A DNA stretch of 64,000 nucleotides, taken from NCBI RefSeq assembly GCF_963921235.1, contig NC_086097.1:66466001-66530000 (forward strand), written 5' to 3'. This document shows positions 1-13,746 of the stretch, one piece after another. Numbering within the stretch: position 1 is the first letter of the stretch; every line of letters begins with the position of its first letter. The position numbers and the translations under genes are program-made. The notes under the pieces were generated by a model that did not search any database, was not told the DNA's origin, and worked only from the letters and a program-made list of their open reading frames with translations. Origin of the DNA: Mobula hypostoma. Taxonomy: Eukaryota.

Positions 1-39
1 ACAGCGTTCCTCTGGGCCATGGTGCACCCACAAAAATAT

Positions 40-2096
40 ATCACACACGGCACATAAAATTTTATCACAAATAAGTAATAAAACATAATTCAAAGTGCTT
101 ATTGTGTGCAGCACAGGTAAACAGTAAACAGCTCCCTGTCCTAGTGATGAGACCTTGGAGCTGGAAAGATGGTTATTAGCGGTTACCCAGTTTGGCAGTC
201 CAAGCCCTGATGCTTCTGTACCTCCTATCTGATGGTAGTGGGTCAAAGAGATTACGGGATGGGTGGTAGGGATACTCAACAATGCTTCAGGCATTCGTAT
301 ACTATGTTTCCAGTAAATGTCACAAATAGTCGGGAGGGAAACCCAGTCGTCCTTTCGCCAGTTTTTACTATCCTCTATAGGGTCTTGCAGATGGTGTCTT
401 GCAGCTTCTGTACCACACAATGATGTAGCCAGACAGGACACTTTCAATGGTGATCCTGTGGAAAGTTGTTAGAACAGGGCAGGGACCCTTGGATGCCTAA
501 ATCTCCTCAGAAAGTATAGACGGGGCAAGTGTAGATGGAGCTGTGCTCATTGACTATTGAAGAGGTGTTGTGGGTCTAGTTTAGATTGTCCATTGTGTGC
601 AGTCCAAGGAACTTTGTGCTGTTCACTCTCACCACAGCAAAGCCATTGATGTGCAAAGGGGAGTGGTTGTCCTGCATCTTCCTGAGGTTCACAATCATTT
701 CTTTTGTCTTGTCCATGCTGAGTCTCAGGTTGTTGTTCTCACTCCAGTTGAAAAGCCTCTCTACCTCCTCTCTGTATGCTGACTCAACATTATTGTTGAT
801 GAGGCCAACTACTGTTGTATCATCAACAAACTCGATGATGTGGTTTGAGCTGGATCTGACAGTACAGTTGCGAGTCCGCATCATGAACATCAGTGGGTTG
901 AGCACACAGCCCTGGGGGCACCAGAGCTCAGAGTAATGGAGCTTGAGATGTTGCTGCCAACTTGGATTGACTGGGGTCATTCCATCAAGAAGTCAAAGAT
1001 CTAGTTACAGAGAGAGGTGTTGAGTCCCAATGAGCAAGTTTACCCTGCAGCTCCTGGGGAATGACCATGATGAACGCCGAGCTGAAGTTGATGAACACCA
1101 ACCTGGCATCATTTTCTAGGGGAGACAGGATGGAATGAAGGGCCAATGCTATGGCATCATCAGTGCACCATTTGAGTGATAGGTGAACTGGAAAGGGTCC
1201 AATGTAGCTGGAAGGTGGGATTTTATACAATTCATTACCAGCTACACAAAGCACTTCATGATCGTTAAGGTCAGTTCCACTGGGCGGTTATCATTTAGGC
1301 CAGTTTCCATTGCATGCTTGGGCACCGGAATGATAGTGGCTGCTTTGAAGCCTGCAGGGACAGTGGACTGTTGCAATGAGATATTAAATGTGTCCATTAA
1401 GACCTCTGTTAGCTGGGCTGCACAATTCCACAGCACGCAGTCTGGTATGTTGTCTGGCCTCATAGCTTTGCATGCGCTAACCCTGGCTAGGATCTTACCC
1501 ATCTGGGCCATGGCCTGACAGAGTGCCTCAGGGGGAGAGGAGGCTTTCCTTGATGTCACATCATTCATTGCATCAAACCATGCACAGAAGGCATTTAGCC
1601 TATCAGGAAGCAAGGTGTTGCTGTCATTGGCACTTAGGGTGGATTTGTAATCTGTTATGGGTTATAGTTTGTCTATCCGGTGTCACAAACCCTAATGTGT
1701 GTGAATTTTCTGTGAGTACTCTTGCTTTGCCTTCTTGATGGGATATTGCTGATCTTAGAGTCATCCTATTTCCCAATCTGAAGGCAGCATCCCATTCCCT
1801 GAGCAGTGCATACAATCTGCAGTCAGCCATGTTTTCTTATTTGCCCTGAAGCATAGTGTTTAATCATGGTAACACCCTCAGTGTATTTTCCTAGGTAGCC
1901 AGTCATCAATCCCACATATTCATCAATGTTGACATGATGATTATATGTTGCTGCCTCTCAGAATATGCTGCAGCTGGTGCTTTCAAAACAGTCCTGCAAC
2001 ATTGAGGTGGTACCTTCTGGCCAGGTCTTAATTCCCTGTAAACTGGTTTGAGTCATTTAATTAGTGATCTGTATGCAGGGATTAGCAAAATGGATA
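40..2096 (-). mobile_element. Degenerate Rex1/Babar-type LINE (RT fragments); boundaries approximate
   Basis: ORFs 1242..1613 ([24 protein letters not shown]), 985..1254 and 576..980 (FVDDTTVVGLI) are frameshifted RT pieces. Confidence 0.8.
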
Positions 2097-3843
2097 TGTC
2101 AGAATCAGAATAAGAATCAGGTTTATTTATCACTGCCATGTGATGTGAAATTTGTTAACTTAGCAGCAGCAGTTCAATGCAATACATAATAAAGAAGACA
2201 AAAATAATAATAAATAACTAAATCAATTTACAGTGTACATATATTGAATAGATTAAAATCGTGCAAAAAAACAGAAATACTGTATATTAAAAAAAAGTGA
2301 GGTAGTGGCCAAAGATTCAATATCCATTTTGGAATTGGATGGCAGAGGGGAAGAAGCTGTTCCTGAATTGCTGAATATGTGCCTTCAGGCTTCTGTACCT
2401 CCTACCTGATGGTAACAGTGAGAAAAGGGCATGCCCTGGATGCTGGAGGTCCTTAATAATGGACGCTGCCTTTTTGAGACACTGCTCCCTGAAGATGTCC
2501 TGGGTACTTTGTAGGCTAGTACCCAAGATGGAGCCGACTAAATTTACAACCCTCTGCAGCTCTTTTCAGTCCTGTGCAGTGGTTCCCTCCCCCCCCCCCC
2601 ATGATGCAGCCTGTCAGAATGCTCTTTACATCTATAGAGGGTTTTGAGTGTATTTGTTGACATACCAAATCTCTTCAAACTCCTAATGAAGTATAGCCGC
2701 TGTCTTGCTTTCTTTATAACTGTATCAATATGTTGGGACCAGGTTAGATCCTCAGAGATCTTGACACCGAGGAACTTGAAACTGCTCACTCTCTCCACTT
2801 CTGATCCCTCTGTGAGGATTGGTATGTGTTCCTTCGTCTTACCGTTCTGGAAGTCCACAATCAGCATTTTCATCTTACTGACGTTGAGTGCCAGATTGTG
2901 GCTGCAACACCATTCCACTCGTTGGCATATCTCATTCCTGCATGCCCTCTCGTCACCACCTGAGATTCTACCAACAATGGTTGTATCATCAGCAAATTTA
3001 TAGATGGTATTTGAGCTATGTCTAGCCACACAGTCATGGGTATAGAGAGAGTAGAGCAGTGGGCTAAGCACACACCCCTGAGGTGCACCACTGTTGATCG
3101 TCAGTGAGGAGGAGATGTTATCACCAATCCCCACAGATTGTGGCCTTCCCCTTAAAAAGTCGAGGATCCAATTGCGGAGGAAGGTACAGAGGCCCAGGTT
3201 CTGCAACTTCTCAATCAGGATTGTGGGAATGATGGTATTAAATACTAAGCTATAGTCGATGAACAGCATCCTGACATAGGTGTTTGTGTTTTCCAGGTGG
3301 TCTAAAGCTATGTGGAGAGCCACTGAGATTGCGTCCGACATTGACCTATTGTGGTGATAGGCAAATTGCAATGGGTCCAGGCCCCTTGCTGAGGCAGGAG
3401 TTCAGTCTAGTCATGACCAACCTCTCAAAGCATTTCATCACTGTAGATGTGAGTGCTACCAGGTGATAGTCAATAAGGCAGCTCACATTATTCTTCTTCG
3501 GCACTGGTATAATTGTTGCCTTTTTGAAGCAAGTGGGAACTTCCACCCATAGCAGTGAGAGGTTGAAAATGTCCTGGAATACTCCCGCCAGTTGATTGGC
3601 AGAGGTTCAGAGCCTTACCAGGAACTCCATCGGGACCTTCCGCCTTGCAAGGGTTCACTCTCTTTAAAGACAGCCTCAGATTCTCCAGGAAGCGTTGATG
3701 GCGTGAGGCTAGTCTTTGGCTTCACTCCATTATCGTTACTTTTTTTTTGACCTATGATCACCCTTATTTAATTTACTTTTACCTACATTAAAAGATTCAT
3801 ATTATAGAATTATTCTTGAGCTTTGATTTTGAACTTTGAAGAA

Positions 3844-4698
3844 ATGAGTAAAGAAACAGGTACAAGACCTAAAGCTCGAGATCCTAAATATGGGAAAGAC
3901 TCTGATGGTAACGGGAAAAAGAAAGGTGAACTCAAGCAAACAGAATTAACTTATGAGACAATGTTGAATCTGTTAAGTGAAAAATTTGAGGAACAACGCC
4001 AAAGTTTTAAAGAAGAGATAAAGTTAATTACGGATTCTTTTAAATCGCTTGACCACGAAGTTATACAGCAACAAAGCAGAATTGCAGAATTGGAGGAGGA
4101 AGCTCGGAAGAGAGATCAGAAAATAGAGAGTTTGGAACAAAAAGTGTCTTTGACGTCTAAACAATTGGAGAGTTTTAAATCTAAGATCATTGATCTTGAA
4201 AATCGATCTAGAAGACAGAAATTACGTATAATTGGTCTCCCCGAGGATGTCGAGGATGGGGACCCTTTAATATTCTTTTCTCAACTTTTAAAGGATGCTT
4301 TTAGCTCTGAATTCCTGAATGATCCTCCACTGCTCAACCGTGCTTATTGTACTTTGCATCAGAAACCAGATTCTCAATTTAAACCGAGACCAGTTATTAT
4401 CCGGTTTCATTATATTCATGTTAAAGAACATCTCATTCGAATTGCCCGTCGGCAGGGTATGATTAAATTTCAAGATTATCATTTCCGTTTGGTTGAAGAT
4501 TTCAGTGCAGAAGTGATGAAGGCGCCACTAGCTTTCAAACCTCTGATGTCGGAATGTCAGCAAAATGGTCTCAAACCAGCTTTATTGTATCCTGCACGTT
4601 TAAGAATTTCCCCTCCGAACAACCCACAATGTTTCTTTAATACTACAAGTGCTGCTCAAAGTTTTCTGGATGAACATCATCCAACTGCTATGGACTAA
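3844..4698 (+). CDS. L1 ORF1p (coiled coil plus RRM/CTD, transposase_22-like)
   Basis: Uninterrupted ORF with DLENRSRR..LRIIGLPE, PRPVIIRF, EDFS and LLYPARL motifs. Confidence 0.88.
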   Translation: MSKETGTRPKARDPKYGKDSDGNGKKKGELKQTELTYETMLNLLSEKFEEQRQSFKEEIKLITDSFKSLDHEVIQQQSRIAELEEEARKRDQKIESLEQKVSLTSKQLESFKSKIIDLENRSRRQKLRIIGLPEDVEDGDPLIFFSQLLKDAFSSEFLNDPPLLNRAYCTLHQKPDSQFKPRPVIIRFHYIHVKEHLIRIARRQGMIKFQDYHFRLVEDFSAEVMKAPLAFKPLMSECQQNGLKPALLYPARLRISPPNNPQCFFNTTSAAQSFLDEHHPTAMD

Positions 4699-7535
4699 TT
4701 AATGTACGGCTCTTGCAATACTGGCTTAGATCTTTCGTTTTTCCTTAAAGCTTATAACTTACTTATGAAGATGGACCTTTATAAGTTTAAGATTTCCGGT
4801 TTTGGTTGGTAGTGTAGGTATTCTTCACATTTGACTTAAATTTTCTTTTGTTGACGAATTTGTTCGTTTTTTTTTCTCTCCTTCCCATTTTGTTAATTTT
4901 TAATTTTTTGATTCTGAAACTGATGTTATTGATTTGATGTTAAATTATTATTTTATGGGAGGAATATCAAGTGTTCTTTTTTGTTTTCTATAACCAAGAT
5001 GGCGTTCTGTCTTCTTCCCATAATACCTTTTGCTTTTTTTTAATTGCGCCATTTTTTGGGTTTCTCTTTCCATAAGACATTTTCTTGAAGTGCCATTTTT
5101 TTCCAACTAATTGCTGATGTTTATAAGTGTCTAATAATATGTATTGGCACTTTTTTAAATTTCAGAAACTACAATATGAAGATGTTTTATTTTATTGTGT
5201 GTATTAAACCTTTGTCTTCCTCTTTCATTGTTATAGTGTAGTGTTTTCTTTGGATTTCGGGTGTTTTTTTTTTCAACATATACCTTCGGAGCTGCCTTCT
5301 GGAGAAATGGGGATAGATTTAGTATTAGTTTACTTTCTGGCCCTTTCTTGGCTTAGTTCTGGGTTTTCATGGGAGGTGGGTGGGGGACTTTTACTAATAG
5401 TTTTTTCAAATGGGCTAACTTAAAACTACAAAAATGTCTACAGTGTCATAACTTCTGGTTCCTTTCTAAATTTTTGTTCCTCTTCGAGTTCATGAGTTTA
5501 CATTGTGGTTAACTCTTTTCATACCAAAGGGTTGTCCCTAAGGAAACATGGCTCAGATGATTAATTTTGTTTCTTGGAATACAAACGGGTTAAACCATCC
5601 GATTAAACAAAAAAAGATTTTTAAAGTATTTCAAAGACTGAATGCTCATATTATTTTTGCACAAGAAACTCGTGAGGAAAGAGGATAATCAGCGTTTTTT
5701 TTTTAGGTTTTGGAAAGAATAGCAGTATCACTCAAATTCTAAAGCTGAAGTGAAGGAGTTTCAATTTTCATAGATTCCTCAATTGCATTTGTACATCAGG
5801 ATTCTTTTTCCGATCCAAATGATAGATTTTTGTTAATTACTGGTTTACTTTTTAACAAAAAAGTTGTTATGGTCAATGTTTATGCTCCAAATGTGGATTA
5901 TCCTGAATTTTTTAAGCAATTATTTACCTCTTTTCCTAATTTAAATGATTACATGTTGATATTGGGTGGTGATTTTAATTGTTGTTTAATTCATTCGATG
6001 GATAGATCTATATCCAGTCAGGCATTACTAAATAAGTCGGCTACTCTTATCAACTCTTTTGTGATTGATTCTGGAATTTCAGAAATTTGGAGATTTCTAT
6101 ACCCTAAGGATAAAGAGTTTTCATTTTTCTCACATATACATCATACTTATTCTAGAATTGACGACTTTTTTATTGACTCTCTAATTCCATCTGTGGTTGA
6201 CTGTAACTATGACATCATTGCCATTTCTGATCATGCACCATTGAAACTCTCTATCAAGTTAGTGGATATATCTCCTAATTCTAGACTATGGTATTTTAAT
6301 TCCAATTTGCTTCAAGATTTGGATTTTGTTAAATTTATCAAGGAACAGATTGACTTCTTCTTTTCAACTAATGCTATGGAAGAAATTTCCAGTGGGGTAT
6401 TATGGGACACTTTTAAAGCGTATATCCGTGGACAGATCATCTCCTATTCTGCTGGATTGAAAAAACGTATTAAGAATGAAATACTTGTGATAATTGACAA
6501 GATTAAAGAAATTGATAAGAAATATGCCACTGCTCCTAGTGAGGAGCTTTATAAACAGAGAGTCGAACTTCAAATGGAGCATAGTTTACTGTTAACATCT
6601 TCAATTGAAAATCAATTAATGAAAACAAGAAGCGATTTTTATATACATAGTGATAAATCAGGTAAATTGTTAGCTAATCAATTAAAAACTGCTTTGGTTA
6701 AACGTCAAATTATCAAGATTCGTAAACATGATGACACTTTGACAGTTGATCATGATGAGATAAGCAAATCTTTTCAAGAATTCTATACATCTCTATATCA
6801 GTCAGAATTTCCTCATGATCCCAACGAAATGCATAACTTCTTAAGGAAATTGAACTTTCCGAAATTAACACCTGAAGGACGATTAAAGTTAGAAACACCT
6901 ATTATGGATGAAGAAATAAAGGGTGTTATTTCTTCAATGAACTCTGGCAAAGCACCTGGTCCAGATGGTTATACAGTTGAATTCTTCAAGTCCTTTTCTT
7001 CTATTCTTTCTCCTTGGTTGTGTAGAGTTTTTAAAGATGCGATTAGAATAGGTAAATTACCACAATCATTTTATGGAGCTATTTCTCTAATTTTTTTTAA
7101 AAAAAGGATCCTACTGAATGTGCATCATATAGACCGATATCCTTATTGAATGTAGATTCTAAGATATTTTCTAAAATACTAGCATTTAGGTTAGAGAAGG
7201 CTCTGCCTCAAATTATCTCTGTGGATCAAACTAGATTTATTAAAAATCATTATTCATCCTTTAATATTAGGAAATTAATGAATATTGTTTATACTCCTTC
7301 ACTTAGAACTCCAGAATGTGTCATTTCATTGGATGCTGAGAAAGCTTTTGATAGAGTTGAATGGCCATATTTATTCAGTACGCTTGAGAAGTTTAATTTC
7401 AGTCCAATATTTATTTCTTGGAATAAATTGATATATCATACCCCTGTAGCTTCGGTTTTTACTAATAATCAAAGATCTCTCTTTTTTCAATTATTTCGTG
7501 GTACTAGGCAGGGTTGTCCTCTTAGTCCATGATTA

Positions 7536-9000
7536 TAGAATATAGAACATAGAATAGTACAGCACAGTACAGGCCCTTCAGCCCACAATGTTATGCCAAA
7601 CCTCAAAGCCTGCCTCCCATATAAGCCCCCACCTTAAATTCCTCCATATACCTGTCTAGTAGTCTCTTAAACTTCACTAGTGTATCTGCCTCCGCCACTG
7701 ACTCAGGCAGTGCATTCCACGCACCAACCACTCTCTGAGTAAAGAACCTTCCTCTAATATCACCCTTGAACTTCCCACCCCTTACTTTAAAGCCATGTCC
7801 TCTTGTATTGAGCAGTGGTGCCCTGGAAAGGAGGCATTGGCTATCCAATCTATCTATTCCTCTTATTATCTTGTACACCTCTATCATGTCTCCTCTCATC
7901 CTCCTTCTCTCCAAAGAGTAAAGCCCTAGCTCTCTTAATCTCTGATCATAATGCATACTCTCTAAACCAGGCAGCATCCTGGTAAATCTCCTCTGTACCC
8001 TTTCCAATGCTTCCACATCCTTCCTATAGTGAGGCGACCAGAACTGGACACAGTACTCCAAGTGTGGCCTAACCAGAGTTTTATAGAGCTGCATCATTAC
8101 CTCGTGACTCTTAAACTCTATCCCTCGACTTATGAAAGCTAACACCCCATAAGCTTTCTTAACTACCCTATCCACCTGTGAGGCAACTTTCAGGGATCTG
8201 TGGACATGTACCCCCAAATCCCTCTGCTCCTCCACACTACCAAGTATCCTGCCATTTACTTTGTACTCTGCCTTGGAGTTTGTCCTTCCAAAGTGTACCA
8301 CCTCACACTTCTCCTGGTTGAACTCAATCTGCCACTTCTCAGCCCACTTCTGCATCCTATCAAAGTCTCTCTGCAATCTTTGACAATCCTCTACACTATC
8401 TACAACACCACCAACCTTTGTGTCGTCTGCAAACTTGCCAACCCACCCTTCTACCCCCACATCTAGGTCGTTAATAAAAATCATGAAAAGTAGAGGTCCC
8501 AGAACAGATCCTTGTGGGACACCACTAGTCACAATCCTCCAATCTGAATGTACTCCCTCCACCACGACCCTCTGCCTTCTGCAGGCAAGCCAATTCTGAA
8601 TCCACCTGGCCAAACCTCTCTGGATCCCATGCCTTCTGACTTTCTGAATAAGCCTACCGTGTGGAACCTTGTCAAATGCCTTACCAAAATCCATATAGAT
8701 CACATCCACTGCACTACCCTCATCTATATGCATGGTCACCTCCTCAAAGAACTCTATCAGGCTTGTTAGACATGATCTGCCCTTCACAAATCCATGCTGA
8801 CTGTCCCTGATCAGACCATGATTCTCTAAATGCCCACAGATCCTATCTCTAAGAATCTTTTCCAGCAGCTTTCCCACCGCAGATGTAAGGCTCACTGGTC
8901 TATAATTACCCGGACTATCCCTGCTACCTTTTTTGAACAAGGGGACAACATTTGCCTCCCTCCAATCCTCCGGTACCATTCCCGTGGACAACGAGGACAT
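7536..9000 (-). mobile_element. 5'-truncated CR1 LINE with an uninterrupted 465-aa RT frame, inserted in the L1 RT region
   Basis: ORF 7603..9000 (SGVPQGSVLGP, FADDTK); TTCTAT-type tail; splits L1 GCPLSP from LLFDIALEPLA. Confidence 0.93.
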
Positions 9001-11319
9001 CTATTATTATTTGATATTGCTCTTGAACCTTTAGCAATTGCTATTCGAGATTCACCAAATATTTTTGGTATCACTCATGGGAATGAGATACATAAGTTAT
9101 CATTATATGCTGATTGATTATTATATATTTCTAATCCAGAGAAATCCATTCCTGCAGCTCTATCCTTGTTGGCTCAGTTTAGTAAATTTTCTGGTTACAA
9201 ACTGAACCTTAATAAGAGTGAACTTTTTCCGTTAAATATGTAGGTTCCAAGTTATGAACGTTTACCATTCAGATTAGTTACCGATTACTTACTTAGGGGT
9301 CAAAATTACTAGGAAGCACAAGGATTTATTTAAGACTAATTTTTCACCTTTAATGGATCAGATTAAATGTTTGTTTACTAAATGGTCACCAATATCTTTG
9401 TCATTAATTGGCCGGATCAATGCTGTCAAGATGATTGTTTTACCTAAATTTTTATATTTACTTCAAGCGTTGCCAATTTTTATTACGAAATTCTTTTTTG
9501 ATAATGTTGACTCTAAAATTTCTTCATACATATGGCAGAATAAAAATCCTAGATTTGGTAAAAGATACTTACAGAAGTCCAAAAAGGAGGGTGGTTTGGC
9601 ATTGCTCAACTTTAAATTTTACTATTGGGCAATTAATATTCAATATTTAAAAATTTGGACATGGAACTTGGATACAATTTCTAGTTCACATTGGGTAAAT
9701 CTTGGATGTAAATCTGTATAAGGGTTTTTATTGGGTTCTATTTTAGGGACTTCACTTCCCTTTGCTCTTTCAAAATTTGATAAACAAATGAATAAACCAA
9801 TAGTTAAATATACTCTTCGAATATGGTTTCAATTTCAAAAGTTTTTTGGGTTGAATCAATTTGTTATAGTAAGCCCTATTATATCTAATTTTTTTTCAAC
9901 CCTCTATTACGGACCAAGCCTATCTGGTCTGGAAAGCAAAAAGTATAATATGATTTTGTGATCTATTTTTGGATAATTGTTTCATATCTTTTGAACAATT
10001 ATCTAATAAATATAATTTACCTAGATCCCACTTCTTTAGATATTTACAGATTAGAAACTTTTTAAATACTGTTCTTACTAGTTTTCCGAATCTATATCCA
10101 ATGGATATCATGGAAAAAATTTTAGATTTAAATCCATCTCAGAAAGGTTTAATAGCAGTTATTTATAATATGATTATGAAAATAAATCCAGATGTATCTA
10201 ATAAAATTAAGAACGATTGGGAAAGGGAACTTAACCTCACTTTACCTACAAAGAAATGGGAAAACATTTTTCAATTAGTTAACTCTTCCTCTATATGTGC
10301 TGAACATGCATTGATACATTTTAAAGTAGTACACAGGGCTCATATGTCCAAGGATAAATTAGCTCGTTATTACTCTCTTATAAATCCTATATGTGACAGA
10401 TATCATTCTGAGACAGCTTCCTTAACTCATACGTTTTGGTCATGTTGAAGAAATATTGGAAAGATATCTTTGATATTATTTCAACTGTTCTGGATATTGA
10501 TTTACAACCTCGCCCCATTACTACAATTTTTGGTTTACCAATGATAGAACAAAGTCATTTGACCTCTTCATCTTGTCGGATGATTGCATTTGTTACATTA
10601 ATGGCTAGAAGATCCATTGTATTGAATTGGAAAGAGATTAATCCTCCCACTACCTTTCAATGGTTCTCTCAAACTATGTCATGTTTAAACTTAGAAAAAA
10701 TTAGAAGTGTCATTTATGATCCTTCTATTAAATTTGAAGAGACTTGGAGGCCATTTATTCAATACTTTCATATGATGTAATTTGACCCTCTCCAATTCTA
10801 TTCTGCTACTTTTAAATATATGGCGAGAGGAGTGGAGTTAATGACACTATTGGTTTGATCTGATGTAACATAACAGCCCATTTCTTTTTCTTTTTTTAGT
10901 TTAGTTGATTAGTTTGATTTAGATTAGGGTTTTTTTTCTCTTTCTTATTGGGGTATATATTTTTTTCTTTTTCCATGATATTTTTGTATTTTTTTTCCTA
11001 CATATTATTATATTTGTACTCTGTAAGATTTTGGGAGGTTAATATATGTGTGTTAACAGTTTTTATATTTATATATACTAATTATTAACAATGTAATCCC
11101 AATAGCTTTGCATCAATTCTTTGTAATGTTTCAGAATTTGTTATTAATAAAAAGATTGAAAAAGATAAAGATAAAGATAAAGACAGCCTAACATTGGCCT
11201 CTGAGACAGAGATCACAGGGTCATCAGGTGCAGCAGGGATCTTCACAGCTGTAGTTATATTCTCCCTATGTGGACTGAATATCTGAGGTGAGGGCAGGGG
11301 GCAGCCTTGTAGGCTCCAC

Positions 11320-12190
11320 AGACATTGGTACCCTCAGTCTTAATCAACACGCTCCAAAACCTGGACATCTGTACCTCCTTCTGCAACTAGATCTTTGACT
11401 TTCTCATTGGGAGGCTACAGTCTATGTGGATCAGAAATAACATCTGACGATCAACACTGGCACACCTCAAGGATGTGTGCTTAGCCCACTGTTCTACTCT
11501 CTCTACATCCACCACTATGTGGCAAGGCACAGCTCAAAAATCATCTATAAATTTGCCAATGACCACAACTACTGTTGGCAGAATTTCAGATTGTGACAAG
11601 GAGGCAGACAGGAGCGAAATTAATCAGCATTGTGATGCAACAACAATCTTGCACTCAACATCAGTAAGACAAAGGAATTATGGACCTCTGGAAGGGGACA
11701 TTGACGGAACACACACTAGTCCTTATAGAAGGATTAGCAGTGGAAAGGGTGAGCAGTTTCAAGTTCCTGGGTGTCAACATCTCAGAGGTGCTATCCTAGA
11801 GCTAGCATATTGAAGCAATTACAAAGAAGGCATAGCAGAAGCTATATTTCATTAGGAGTTTGACAAGAATTGGTATGTCAATGAAGACAATCGCAAATTT
11901 CTACAGATATACCGTGGAGAGAATTCTAACTAGTTGCATGGCCATCTGATATGGATGGGCCACTGCACAGAATTGGAAAAAGCTGCAGAAAGTTGGAAAC
12001 TCAGCCAGTTTGATCATGGGTTCTGGTCTCCCCAGCATCCTGGACACCTTCAAAAAGCAATGCCTCAAAAAGGTGTCATCCTTCATTCAGGAACCCCACC
12101 ACTCAGAACATGCCTTCTTCTCAAGAATGAGGTACAGGAGGCTGAAGACACACACTCAACATTTCAGGAACGTCCACTCAAAAGGAGATT
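11320..12190 (+). mobile_element. Degenerate Rex1/Babar RT 3' fragment
   Basis: Clear nucleotide similarity to the reverse complement of 2320-3250 (e.g. gtgagcagtttcaagttcctgggtgtcaacatctc). Confidence 0.75.
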
Positions 12191-12856
12191 AGGCCTTCTA
12201 TCTGAATGGCTGAGTCTGGAGTGATTTTCTGGAGCAATGTTTCTGTCAGAAACATGGTTCAAATGCAGATGCAGGTAATTTTCTCGTGAATGGATGTTAG
12301 CAAGCAGAATCGTCAGGAGTGCAGGCCTGCAGGGATCCACATTAAGTTTTGCTCGAATACCAGCATAGTATCTGAAGATGTTTAAGGTAGAGGCAAGTGC
12401 ACTCTTGATAAACAAGTGGATGAAATGAGACCAGTGGCAGCTGGAGATGCAGAGTTGAGAGTGCAATGAAATCATCCACAATCTGATTTATTTAATGGTG
12501 CAGCAAGTTCAAGGTACCAATTGTCTTATCCCTACTTCTAATGTGAATATCTGCATCCTATGCAGAGAATGCCATGCATTGTAGATGCGATGATGTCCCC
12601 ATTAACAAATTGGAAAGAGTTCTTGTCAACCTTTGCAAAAAAATGAACATAAAATGTCATTCCTGTAAGGCCTGAATGAAATACAATGCATCTTTATGAA
12701 TTCTCTGCATATTGAATTCTGTCTCTCCATTCAGTTTTGATTAGTGATTAATGTGGTATTTTCTGTGCAGAAAGGAACACTGCTTTCTTCTGATCCAATA
12801 TTTCCAGTAAACATTTTGTTTAATATTTATTAATGCATATTTACTTTTCACTGCAG

Positions 12857-12970
12857 GTATATCACTTGGCAATTACTGACCTGACTACAGCAATAAACAT
12901 TAATGAGACCTGCATCTTGGGTTACTTTAACAGAGCTGTTTGTTATCAGCAAGCAAATGATCTTCAAAAG
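12857..12970 (+). CDS. TTC6: TPR-repeat protein TTC6-like, internal exon (phase 0-0): VYHLAITDLTTAININETCILGYFNRAVCYQQANDLQK
   Basis: Acceptor ttttcactgcag| and donor AAG|gtaaat; 114 nt open; TPR consensus (YFNRAVCY); in frame with the next five exons. Confidence 0.85.
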
Positions 12971-13514
12971 GTAAATATAGAAAAGACAAACAGAACTTCA
13001 TGAGGCTGAGTGAAATACAAATTTAAACTCTGAACTACAATCTATATTTATCAAAGGTTCCAAGTGTCCTGCATTGTTTCTCCTATTAAAAACTAAAAAT
13101 TAATATTGTTAAGAGACAAGTTTTTGCAAAAAGTTCTGATATAATTGACAGTAGCCTTTTTCTGCCCTTCTGTATATTGCAATGCATTTCTGTTGATGTC
13201 AGCAATTTCCCATACTTCCCAAAAGGGCTTAGTTGCATAAACCTAACGATTAATTTGAGAACACCAGAGCTAAACTTGATCTCATCTTTCCTCAGTATAC
13301 AAATGAGCATGCTTTTCTCATAGGAGTAACTGGATTGTTATTAAAAATATTGGAGACATGCCTGGTCACTTCCTTGCTTGGGCTCTACTGTACCCTCAGC
13401 TGAGAATGTAGTAATATTCAAAAGATTTTTTTTAGTGGAGTTTGATAATGATTATTTAGCATTGTACAAAGCTGCATCTAATTATTTCATGCTAATCCTG
13501 ATGCTATTCAAAGT

Positions 13515-13704
13515 TCACATTTCAAATTAAATTTATTATCAAATTACATACATATCACCATATACAACCCTGGGATTCATTTTCTTGTGGGCATACTCAA
13601 TAGAACTATAGAAAAGAACCATAATAGAATCAAAGAAAGACCACATTTACTTGTGTACTCAACCAGTGTGCAATAGGCAACAAAACTGTGCAAATATAAA
13701 AAGA

Positions 13705-13746
<42 letters not shown>

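Larger units (their letters stand above)
3677..11177 (+). mobile_element. Full-length L1-clade LINE with open ORF1 and disrupted ORF2, 12-bp TSD taaagacagcct
   Basis: ORF2 pieces from about 5548 to 10780 (APE: NVYAPN, GGDFN, SDH; RT: LDAEKAFD, GTRQGCPLSP, LYAD; C-terminal C..H..W.C remnant); AATAAA near 11146; TSD at 3665-3676 and 11178-11189. Confidence 0.92.
2101..11270 (-). mobile_element. Rex1/Babar-type LINE split by an L1 insertion (pieces 2101-3676 and about 11190-11270)
   Basis: ORF 2544..3371 RT ([26 protein letters not shown]); AGAATC-type tail at 2101; sequence resumes after the L1 TSD. Confidence 0.85.
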
